Assembly (NCBI GenBank): GCA_002498925.1
Contig: DAJH01000040.1
Coordinates: 1-43,805 of the forward strand
Direction of reading: 5' to 3'
Source of the DNA: Euryarchaeota archaeon UBA173
GTDB taxonomy: Archaea; Thermoplasmatota; Poseidoniia; Poseidoniales; Thalassarchaeaceae
Length of the DNA: 43,805 nt
Shown here: positions 1 to 8,237 of the stretch, piece by piece
How positions within the stretch are numbered: position 1 is the first letter of the stretch
How the letters are laid out: each line of letters opens with the position of its first letter
Position numbers and translations under genes: made by a program
The notes under the pieces: generated by a model
Told to the model about the DNA's origin: nothing
The model's database searches: none
What the model saw: the letters and a program-made list of their open reading frames with translations, nothing else

Positions 1-282
1 ACCGAAATATCTCCTCCGTATGCATACTCATCAGGCACTAGCGACTCTACTGTTTTCGTAACCGGAGCGCTATCGCTTATCTTGGAGCTCTATGGTGGAG
101 AACTAGCCAATGAAGATGGCCAGATAGACTCGGAAGGTATGGAACTGGTGAAGAGGGCGCTTGCTAACTCAGCAGTCAGCGAAGACGGGTCTGACGGTGC
201 TCACGACAGTAAATTGGGGTACGGCAAACTAGATGCATTTGAATGGGCCTCAGAGGTCGCCTTTGAGCTCAATTTGAACTAG
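1..282 (+). CDS. C-terminal fragment, truncated by the window edge, of a subtilisin-like (S8) serine peptidase
   Basis: Frame 1 is open from nt 1. The translation TEISPPYAYSSGTSDSTVFVTGALSLILE... contains the subtilase catalytic-serine block (S-G-T-S followed by a helix ending in G). A late G-Y-G-K-L-D-A block typical of S8 C-termini is also present. Stop TAG at 280-282. The usual M-A-x-P after GTS is replaced by D-S-T-V. Confidence 0.6.
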   Translation, partial: TEISPPYAYSSGTSDSTVFVTGALSLILELYGGELANEDGQIDSEGMELVKRALANSAVSEDGSDGAHDSKLGYGKLDAFEWASEVAFELNLN

Positions 283-369
283 AAATGCATTCTGAGAGCG
301 CATTTTTCAACGGTCCCGCCATACTCATTTCGACCCTATGGTTAAATCCGCTCCCGACACCCCACGTGC

Positions 370-3300
370 ATGGCCCGCGGAGAAAGAACACGAAGCTCCC
401 TATTGGTATTCCTAATGCTAACAAGCGTATTCGTTTCTCTCGTGGGTCCGGCGACCCCTGTGGTTGCGGCAAATGATACCACCTCAGGCACGATTTCGGG
501 AACCGAGGTATGGCAAGGAAGTCACGACTTGACCGGTGACGTGGTAGTCTCATCTGGAGCGAAGCTGATAATCCAGCCGGGCACTACCGTGACATTCCCT
601 AATGGTACCCACTTGGATGCCAGGGGTAGCATCTGCATAGGGGCATCTTCATGCGGAGCCAGTGGCAATGCAAATACAGCCCAAAAAATTACATTCAGGT
701 GGACGGAACCATCGAATTCTAGTGCTAGGGGCGAGTGCTATGGGATGTCAAACGGTAATGAGGAAATATTCATTGAAGACCCATCTTGCTTCGAAGGAGT
801 TCTCATTAGGGACTCAATAGACCTCTCCCAAACCGCGATCAGATACCTAACCATAGATGGGGCATGGGGGATACCCTACTACATAGATACCCTGAATGAG
901 TTCAGATACGGTGCCTTGGTCCTAGATGGTGCCAGCCCGACCCTCAGGGAGATGGAGTTCACAGATGTCAATACTAGCAGCGTCTTGACCACCAACCTCG
1001 CTCAGCCCAGATTCATTGGGGGCGAGTATGTGGTAGGGAATGACGACGAAAGTGGCGTAGACGGTTCGGCTGTCCAGATATACAGCTCAGGAACCCCAGT
1101 TACTCCCCTGATTATGGATTCACCCACCCTCGTTGGTACAGACAGGGGGTGCGGACAGAGGGACGGAGGAAGGCCAACTGTCTGGGTCCAAGACGCTTTC
1201 ATTGAGATTGATGACGCCGATATTTCAGTAGGGGACTTCGGTATTTCACTCAGATACTCGTCTGGCTCGGTCACCAATTCTTCAATTAATGTAAATTGCA
1301 ATGGGGTTGACATATACAGCCTCAAGAGCGTCGGAACGTCTGATTACTACAACATAGTAGCTAGCAATGAGATAACCACTGGCGAAGGGACCCCGGTAAC
1401 CGCCTATGGAGGTGCCCATGCCGATATTTACGATAACGAACTATCGGGGGCTTCCGGCGGCTCCGGAATTGCGGTGTACTCTAGTTATGCGAATATTCAG
1501 GATAACGATATTGGCCCAATTGGCGGTTGGAACGGGCTTTGGATGCTCGGATCATTCGACGTAATAGCCGAGAACAATACCATACATGACGTAGCCAAGG
1601 AGGTCGTCTTAGCTGGCGAGTATGGGAGTAATGCCCCCGCGCCGTCTGCGGCCAGGGCATATCTCGCAAACAACACACTCTCGACAGATGGGACTGGTGC
1701 ATGCTCCAGCATGACTCACTTCGATGGCGAATTCACTTGTCCCGCGGTAATGGCTTTCAGGTCAGGCTTGACGATGTACGACAATGTAATCAATGCCGCA
1801 GGTGATGCTGATGGAATCAGGGCAGTCGGGGCTCTTCTGGATATCAGGAGAAACACCTGGAATGTCCCGTCCACTGGTGCTGTGATCAAGCACTTCAATA
1901 CCGGAAACGCGGGTTCTCAGCAGTATGGAACCCTTGGATTCTTCACAGAGAACTCTTGGAATGGCGTGGACATGACCTACAATGTCACCAAGAGCGCAGT
2001 AACAGTACAGTCTGAGACAATCCCAAGTGCTTCGGCAGGAGGGGATCCTGTAATCCTGTCATGGCCCGACCAGGAAGCCTGGCCGGCTAACCAGTTCCAG
2101 AACGCAATAGTTCCCACGGAAGTTCAGGAGTGCGCACTATGCGACAATCTGACTCCAAGGAACTTCCCTCTTGCGATAAGTATGGACAACAACTCCACCG
2201 TATTCACTTTCGCAGCACTAGCAAATCTTGATCTTTCATCGATATTTATCGAGACTCAGCCAACTCCCTATGCAGTCCAAGTTCGCAGGGCTGAGCTGGT
2301 CCGTTACCAGGTATTGGTGGAGGGTGAAAGAGTAGCAGGGGCCGGAGTCCTTGTAGAGGATGCCCTTGGAAACGATCTTTACGACATCGAAACCCTCGAT
2401 GACGGATACACCCCGTGGTTCTCACTGCCCTCTGATTTCCATCTGGATTTCAGGGGCTTGGGAGGGGGAGACAATCCCGATGGATATGCGAATGATGAAT
2501 TCGAAGACTCTTGCACGGACGGGATTGACAACGATGGTGATCTCGTCACAGACACCGATGATCCAGATTGTGACTATGCCGCGGGAACTCGTGAGCTTTC
2601 ACTATACAGGTACACAGCCTACAAGTTCGGCTCAGGCTTGGACAGAGGGGAATTCACACTTGAGGACTCTTCCTATCAAGGGACCGCAGAACTGCTGAAT
2701 CTTGCTCCTTCTGTATCTGTGTCACAAAACGAGGGACACTCGTTCAGAAAGATTGTCAATATCACCGGCAATGCCCATGACGGCGTCCTCGCAGCATTCT
2801 ATCAGACCGATGAGCTAGCTCAGTGGGATCAGAAGGGCTACGTCCACTCCGTCGAGGTCAAGGACCCATTCACTGGTGACTGGGATAATGCTCTTGTGGC
2901 GACCGACTCCTCTGGAGCGGGAATGGGTGAAGTCACTCGTAACAACCATCCGTTCAAAACGTGGTTCTACGAATTAGACATGTCTAGCATGGCAGAAGGG
3001 GACTACACATTCGAGTTCAGATCCTTTGACGGAATCACCCATAGCCCCATAGTTGGGATTACCATAAAGCTCAACACCCAGGCTCCTACCATTTCCGTTA
3101 CCTCTCCAAGCTCGATGTCAACACACTCAGACGATAGTGTCACATTCGAAGGCACGGCTTACGATTTCTATGGTTGTCCGGAGCAGTGCAGTATGGATGT
3201 GGAGGACATATATTTCCAGATTGTGGGTCCAAATTTCCAGGTTATCACACCCGTAAGCGGCGGACCCGACTGGTCATGGACTTGGGATTTCGGCGGGCAG

Positions 3301-4659
3301 CCAAGGGTCAATGCTCAGTACACTTTCACAATCTGGGCTTCAGATTCAGATTTCTGCGTAGGGGTCATCGACGAATGCGAGGCAACTGTCCTCACATTGA
3401 ATATTGACAATTCGAATACGGCTCCATTCCTTAGTGTGACCTCTCCCCAAAATGGGGACAGACTAGCTGTCTCCGAGACTTCAGTCTTCGAAGGGGTCGC
3501 TAGGGACTCGGATGGCACCATTACCAGGGTCGATGTTGAGGTTCTCGATATAGCGAATGGCTACATCAACGTCCACTCGGACGCAATCACCGATTTCGCT
3601 TCCAATGGGGCATTCAGCCAGGAGTGGAACTCGATGGCCCTCAGGCATAATGCAGAATACCAAATCAGGATGAGGTCATACGACGGATTCGACTACAGTG
3701 AGTGGATTGAATTTCAGATAACTGCGGACAATCCTCCCGATGCCGGCAACAACCAACCAGTATTCGACTCAAGTGACTGGGTTGATGAGATCACACTCTA
3801 TTGTGAATTGGACTCACAGTCCCAAGATAGGTGTACGCTGGCGGAGATTGATCTGATGCAATACTTCAGTGACGCAGATCAGAATCAAGAACTGATGCTT
3901 TCCGTTTACGACAACGAGGAGCTGACAAGTGATGATGAGTATGGAGTAGTGTTCAGTATCGCTTCAAATGGGGAGGCAACCTACAACCCGATAACCATGT
4001 CATTCTACGATCCAGAGATATCTGGGTGGTCCTTGGATGGAGTTATTTTCGTAGCCTCTGATCCATTCGGATCCAAGGCAAACTCACTACCCGTTTCGAT
4101 AAATGTGATTGGATTGTCTTTCGTCGTAAACGAGCCCGAAGATAGCAGGATTGGCGATGATGAGATTGCAATCTTCACTGGTACTGGACTCCCTGGCAAA
4201 ACTGTCACAGCTACCATCGGAGGAAATCCGGTAAACAACACAGTAATCTCAAGCGACTCAACTTGGCAGATGGGGATACCTGGATCTAGGATCTCTGGCT
4301 CTGCAACCCCGCAGTTCAAGTATGGAGGGGAGACTTACGAGCCCGGATTCAAAATCACAGTGAGCGATGATGAAGGCACTGGCATTGGTGTAATGCTGAT
4401 TCTAGGCGTGGTAATTTTACTTGGCGCGATAGCTGCCTTTGCCTACTTTTTCGTGGAAATTGAAGAGGAGGATGAGGCAGAGGACTCAACACAAGTAGTT
4501 GATTCGGAAGAAAGGGAGGAAGACCCCTATTCCCGGGCCAAGTCCGAAGAGGAAGCTCCATCTACACAGAATGAACGCTTCCAGAGTCATGCCGATCACC
4601 CCGGATGGCTGTGGGATACAGTCGATCAAGAGTGGGTCCCAGAGGATTCTCAAGCATGA
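370..4659 (+). CDS. Giant (1429 aa) membrane-anchored surface protein with parallel beta-helix, Ig-like and cadherin-like modules; adhesin-like
   Basis: Uninterrupted 4290-nt ORF. The N-terminal signal-like segment is RTRSSLLVFLMLTSVFVSLVGPATPVVAA. PbH1-type beta-helix repeats occur at roughly nt 1000-1900 (IYDNELSGASGGSGIAVYSSYANIQDNDI, IAENNTIHDV). A DSCTDGIDNDGDLVTDTDDPDCD motif lies at 2506-2574. Repeated Ig-like modules are present (PTISVTSP..., APFLSVTSPQNGD...). A cadherin-like module reads NNQPVFDSS...QYFSDADQNQELMLSV. A single C-terminal TM helix GIGVMLILGVVILLGAIAAFAYFFV (4381-4455) is followed by an acidic, Trp-containing tail. There are many N-x-S/T sequons. Confidence 0.85.
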   Translation: MARGERTRSSLLVFLMLTSVFVSLVGPATPVVAANDTTSGTISGTEVWQGSHDLTGDVVVSSGAKLIIQPGTTVTFPNGTHLDARGSICIGASSCGASGNANTAQKITFRWTEPSNSSARGECYGMSNGNEEIFIEDPSCFEGVLIRDSIDLSQTAIRYLTIDGAWGIPYYIDTLNEFRYGALVLDGASPTLREMEFTDVNTSSVLTTNLAQPRFIGGEYVVGNDDESGVDGSAVQIYSSGTPVTPLIMDSPTLVGTDRGCGQRDGGRPTVWVQDAFIEIDDADISVGDFGISLRYSSGSVTNSSINVNCNGVDIYSLKSVGTSDYYNIVASNEITTGEGTPVTAYGGAHADIYDNELSGASGGSGIAVYSSYANIQDNDIGPIGGWNGLWMLGSFDVIAENNTIHDVAKEVVLAGEYGSNAPAPSAARAYLANNTLSTDGTGACSSMTHFDGEFTCPAVMAFRSGLTMYDNVINAAGDADGIRAVGALLDIRRNTWNVPSTGAVIKHFNTGNAGSQQYGTLGFFTENSWNGVDMTYNVTKSAVTVQSETIPSASAGGDPVILSWPDQEAWPANQFQNAIVPTEVQECALCDNLTPRNFPLAISMDNNSTVFTFAALANLDLSSIFIETQPTPYAVQVRRAELVRYQVLVEGERVAGAGVLVEDALGNDLYDIETLDDGYTPWFSLPSDFHLDFRGLGGGDNPDGYANDEFEDSCTDGIDNDGDLVTDTDDPDCDYAAGTRELSLYRYTAYKFGSGLDRGEFTLEDSSYQGTAELLNLAPSVSVSQNEGHSFRKIVNITGNAHDGVLAAFYQTDELAQWDQKGYVHSVEVKDPFTGDWDNALVATDSSGAGMGEVTRNNHPFKTWFYELDMSSMAEGDYTFEFRSFDGITHSPIVGITIKLNTQAPTISVTSPSSMSTHSDDSVTFEGTAYDFYGCPEQCSMDVEDIYFQIVGPNFQVITPVSGGPDWSWTWDFGGQPRVNAQYTFTIWASDSDFCVGVIDECEATVLTLNIDNSNTAPFLSVTSPQNGDRLAVSETSVFEGVARDSDGTITRVDVEVLDIANGYINVHSDAITDFASNGAFSQEWNSMALRHNAEYQIRMRSYDGFDYSEWIEFQITADNPPDAGNNQPVFDSSDWVDEITLYCELDSQSQDRCTLAEIDLMQYFSDADQNQELMLSVYDNEELTSDDEYGVVFSIASNGEATYNPITMSFYDPEISGWSLDGVIFVASDPFGSKANSLPVSINVIGLSFVVNEPEDSRIGDDEIAIFTGTGLPGKTVTATIGGNPVNNTVISSDSTWQMGIPGSRISGSATPQFKYGGETYEPGFKITVSDDEGTGIGVMLILGVVILLGAIAAFAYFFVEIEEEDEAEDSTQVVDSEEREEDPYSRAKSEEEAPSTQNERFQSHADHPGWLWDTVDQEWVPEDSQA

Positions 4660-4694
4660 ATCATCCATAGGTCGTTAATCACGAACATTCTTGA

Positions 4695-7247
4695 ATGAAA
4701 CTTGTCGCTAGTAACACCATGACTTCCGTGCCTGCATCCAAACCAGGGGTTCAGGAACGCATTCTACTGCACCTCAGAGACTACGTCGATCACGCCGACA
4801 AGGTAGAGGTCCCGTTCGCACTTTCCCAGATGGGAATAGCAAATGCCGTCTCAATAGCAAGGTCAAACGTCCCTCGTGCAATTTCCGGACTAAGGGATCA
4901 AGGATATCTAATTGAAAGGCAGGCGCATGTCACTGGGGTCTCGAGAAAGAGAAAGGCGTATTTCCTCACTGATGACGGTGCCAAATTGGCTGATGACATA
5001 TGGTCAAAGGTCGGCATGCAGATAGTCAGGGTCATCGGACACGACGGTAGGTCATCCACAATGGAACTTCAGAAGGCGCTTGAGTCGACAGAACTCCCCC
5101 TTAGGCACGTCGATGTAATTAGGTATCTAGACGACTCTGGGACGATTGATTTCTCCTCACTATCATCGGATTTGATTGAAAGGGATCTTTCAAAACACAT
5201 AGAGAAACAATTGGTAACATCTCTAGGCGACCTACCGAGGACTAGGAAGTTCTACGGTAGGGAAAAGGAACTAGAGAACATGGTCAACCTATTGGAACAT
5301 CAGTCAGGATCAATTTTGGTCCCGGGGATTGCCGGGATAGGTAAGACCGCCCTTTCGGCCAAACTGATTGAGAGATTCACTCATAGGAGGAATCTGCTAT
5401 ACCACAGATGTCAGGATTGGGACGGGGCTAGGGCATTCCTCGAAGCAATGGGTGAGTGGATGTCCGCAATGGGCAGTGACGACCTTTCGGATTATCTGGC
5501 ATCGACCCCTGTCCCTCAACCACAGATGGCGGTCAATTTGATCGCCGAGGGTTTGGATAGCGCACCATCGCTAATCGTCATTGATGACTTGCACAAAGTC
5601 GGCGACGAGACACTTATCTCAGTACTTAGGTCATTATCTGTAAGAATTCCAGAAATCGATGATGTCGGACTAGTGATGTTCTCTAGGTCATACAGAATGG
5701 TAGTCCCTGAGGCTGACTCTTCTGGCAGGATTGTAACTCTGGTAATGCCTCTAGATGGCCTCGATCAGGAAGCAAGCAGGCAGATACTGACGGCCATGAA
5801 AGATCTTGAGATGCCCCAATTCCTTCACATCCATAATCTCTCCAGAGGTCACCCTTTAGTCCTCGAACTGATTAACAGAGGAAGTGTTGGAGGGACATTC
5901 CACGAGACCCTCGAGACCTTCGTAGAAAAGGAGATTTTCAGCAGACTCTCAGGAGCAGAAAAAAGAGTTCTGGGTGCAATTTCCGTTTTCAGGGAGCCGA
6001 TGCCACTGGAGGCAATTAGCGGCGTTGATGCCGAGACCGATCTACTCGATGACCTTGTTGAGAAAGGTCTTGCGAGACAGGCGGACAGTGACAACTACGA
6101 TGTTCACGACCTAGTCAGAGAATTCCTAACTAGGTCCATGGACGACTCCCTAAGTCAGATTCTCCATGCAAATGCTGTAGAGTGGTACAGGACTAGACGC
6201 GAGACTCCCTCTCAAAGTATCGAGTACATCCACCATCTCCACATGTCGGGCGACACAGAAGGTTTGGCTGCTGCACTATCGGAAGAGGGGCATGCATTGG
6301 TCAATTCGGGACACATCGAACTTCTGGGCATCCTGAGATCCTTAGAAGTCTCAAATTTCGGCCCTAGGACAAGCTTCGTGATACACGAGCTCAGAGGGGA
6401 TATTCTGTCCATTCAAGGGAAGTGGGAGCAGGCGGTGGAGGAGTATGACCTTGCTATGCCACTTGCATTGAAGCACAAGATGACATCACCACTGGCAAGA
6501 CTCCTCTCATCCAGAGCAGATCTTGCTGTCAAGAGGGGGCAGATGGATGAGGCACTTTCCCTTCATAGAAAGGCACTCGAGATTCAGATTTCAGTAAGGG
6601 ATGCCTTGGGTGCCGCGAGGTCTTACAACAACATGGGATTCATTTTCAGACGTCAGCGTGATAACAAGAAGGCGCTCGAGGTATACGGTAACGTCGAAGA
6701 TCTCCTGGGGGCAGAGGATTCTCCCGATTTGACTGAGGCTAGAATCAGGCTTGCTTCTGCATTCCTCGAGATGGGCGAGATGGACAGAGCCAGGGATCAT
6801 GCAATGATCGCCCACGATGAGACCGAGGAGAACGAGCAAGTCAGGTTACATGCCAGATCTAGAGCGGTCTTGGGTAGATACTATGCAAAAATCAAAGATA
6901 ACGATTTGGCCATGCACCATTATTCAGGGGCACTCGAGATTCTTTCGGACCAGTCAGACCCCCATAGCGCAGTAGAGGTCGAGATGCTACTCGGACAGGT
7001 TCTAAGTGACGCTGGTAGATCGGAAGAGGCTGCAGAACACTATCTCGATGGACTCGCACTAGCAGAGGCTAATGATTTCAGAATGATGCAGGGCGAGATA
7101 CTGTCGAGACTCGGTGAGGTGGAAAGTAATAGATCGCAGAGAATGGACTACCTTCAGAGGTCATTAGTCGTATTCAGAGAATTGGGCGCCGTCCACAGAA
7201 TGAGGGACGTCCAGAATGCGGTTCACAAGGTCGTCATGGGACATTAG
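4695..7247 (+). CDS. STAND-class P-loop NTPase with an N-terminal winged-helix DNA-binding domain and C-terminal TPR array; predicted signal-sensing regulator
   Basis: 850-aa ORF. The N-terminus resembles a MarR/wHTH domain (QMGIANAVSIARSNVPRAISGLRDQGYLIERQ...RKRKAYFLTDDG). FYGREKELE precedes Walker A GIAGIGKT (5325-5348). Walker B is LIVIDDLH (about 5571-5594). A GHPLVLELI block matches the NB-ARC GxP (GLPLA) motif, followed by a WH-like segment (LDDLVEKGLARQ). At least five TPR-like repeats occupy the last ~290 aa (ARSYNNMGFIFRRQRDNKKALEVY, RAVLGRYYAKIKDNDLAMHHY and others). Confidence 0.8.
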   Translation: MKLVASNTMTSVPASKPGVQERILLHLRDYVDHADKVEVPFALSQMGIANAVSIARSNVPRAISGLRDQGYLIERQAHVTGVSRKRKAYFLTDDGAKLADDIWSKVGMQIVRVIGHDGRSSTMELQKALESTELPLRHVDVIRYLDDSGTIDFSSLSSDLIERDLSKHIEKQLVTSLGDLPRTRKFYGREKELENMVNLLEHQSGSILVPGIAGIGKTALSAKLIERFTHRRNLLYHRCQDWDGARAFLEAMGEWMSAMGSDDLSDYLASTPVPQPQMAVNLIAEGLDSAPSLIVIDDLHKVGDETLISVLRSLSVRIPEIDDVGLVMFSRSYRMVVPEADSSGRIVTLVMPLDGLDQEASRQILTAMKDLEMPQFLHIHNLSRGHPLVLELINRGSVGGTFHETLETFVEKEIFSRLSGAEKRVLGAISVFREPMPLEAISGVDAETDLLDDLVEKGLARQADSDNYDVHDLVREFLTRSMDDSLSQILHANAVEWYRTRRETPSQSIEYIHHLHMSGDTEGLAAALSEEGHALVNSGHIELLGILRSLEVSNFGPRTSFVIHELRGDILSIQGKWEQAVEEYDLAMPLALKHKMTSPLARLLSSRADLAVKRGQMDEALSLHRKALEIQISVRDALGAARSYNNMGFIFRRQRDNKKALEVYGNVEDLLGAEDSPDLTEARIRLASAFLEMGEMDRARDHAMIAHDETEENEQVRLHARSRAVLGRYYAKIKDNDLAMHHYSGALEILSDQSDPHSAVEVEMLLGQVLSDAGRSEEAAEHYLDGLALAEANDFRMMQGEILSRLGEVESNRSQRMDYLQRSLVVFRELGAVHRMRDVQNAVHKVVMGH

Positions 7248-8047
7248 GATAGCCCAGTTATCCTTTCAGGCTCACTTTGCCCCAACCAATGGGTAAATTC
7301 AGGACCACTCTGTTTTGAAATTGATAGGTCCCCTGTAAATGAGTCACAAATCCTCATCAGTACCTCACTTTCGGCCAAATGTGGCCTATTGTTATTCTCG
7401 GAAAGGTGACAGAGAACCACGCTCTCAAGTCCCTCATGCATCACCTCATTCAGAATCTGTCCAGTTTGGGTATTGGAAAGGTGACCCCCCCTCCCTGTTA
7501 TTCTTCTCTTAAGAGAATCCGGATATGGTCCGCCCACAAGTCTCGAATACTCATAGTTCGCCTCTATCGAAATATGTGAGCATGCAGATAAGTGCTTCTT
7601 GAGCTCGTCTGTCGCCTCTCCAAGATCGGTGACTATCGAAGCCCTTTTGCCCTCCGATGAACGCGCGATTATTGCAACATTGTCAGCGTCATCATGCGGT
7701 ACAGGAATAGGTAGGAGGCTCAAATCCCCTCCTGCCTCTATCCTCTCTAGATCAGAGAATTCAGTGAAATTCTGATGATTGCCCCACTCCATCCTTCGGG
7801 CGGTCTCGGCATTGCTCATTAGGGTCGATGCCCACTTCTTGGAGGCACGAGCCGCAGACCCCGAGTGATCCGAGTGATGGTGTGTCACTACAATAGCATC
7901 AATTTCCGAGGACTTAACCCCAATCATATCCAATCGCGACTCCATTCTCTTCAATGAGAAACCACAGTCTACCAGGACCTTCGATTCATCCGTGGACAGG
8001 AGTACTGAGTTACCACGACTCCCGCTACCAAGGTGAGTAATCTCCAT
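7244..8047 (-). CDS. Metallo-beta-lactamase-fold hydrolase, YycJ/WalJ-like
   Basis: 267-aa ORF. The N-terminus ITHLGSGSRGNSVLL...KVLVDCG and the H-x-H-x-D-H motif VVTHHHSDHSG (about 7862-7890, minus strand) are the MBL signature. The 3' end overlaps the STAND gene by 4 nt, with stops on opposite strands sharing 7244-7247. Confidence 0.8.
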   Translation of the reverse strand: MEITHLGSGSRGNSVLLSTDESKVLVDCGFSLKRMESRLDMIGVKSSEIDAIVVTHHHSDHSGSAARASKKWASTLMSNAETARRMEWGNHQNFTEFSDLERIEAGGDLSLLPIPVPHDDADNVAIIARSSEGKRASIVTDLGEATDELKKHLSACSHISIEANYEYSRLVGGPYPDSLKRRITGRGGHLSNTQTGQILNEVMHEGLESVVLCHLSENNNRPHLAESEVLMRICDSFTGDLSISKQSGPEFTHWLGQSEPERITGLS

Positions 8048-8237
8048 CGTTATTGCCTAGTCCGCCCGAGGTAAATAGACCTTTGAACAAATCCGTCAAA
8101 GACAGCCCCTAATCAGTAATTCAGGACATTACTGGCGCCACCATCGATCAAAATATCCGACCTTCCGTCCGAACGACGCTCCATCACCATGATAAGTCAG
8201 TCAAGAACGCTCAAAGCCGTCTAGATGGGGCTATGTC

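Noticed and set aside
4695-7247. Reading the P-loop protein as an Orc1/Cdc6 replication initiator
   Set aside because: The domain order is wrong: the wHTH is N-terminal, whereas Orc1/Cdc6 has it C-terminal. The NB-ARC-like GxP motif and a long TPR array point to a STAND regulator instead.
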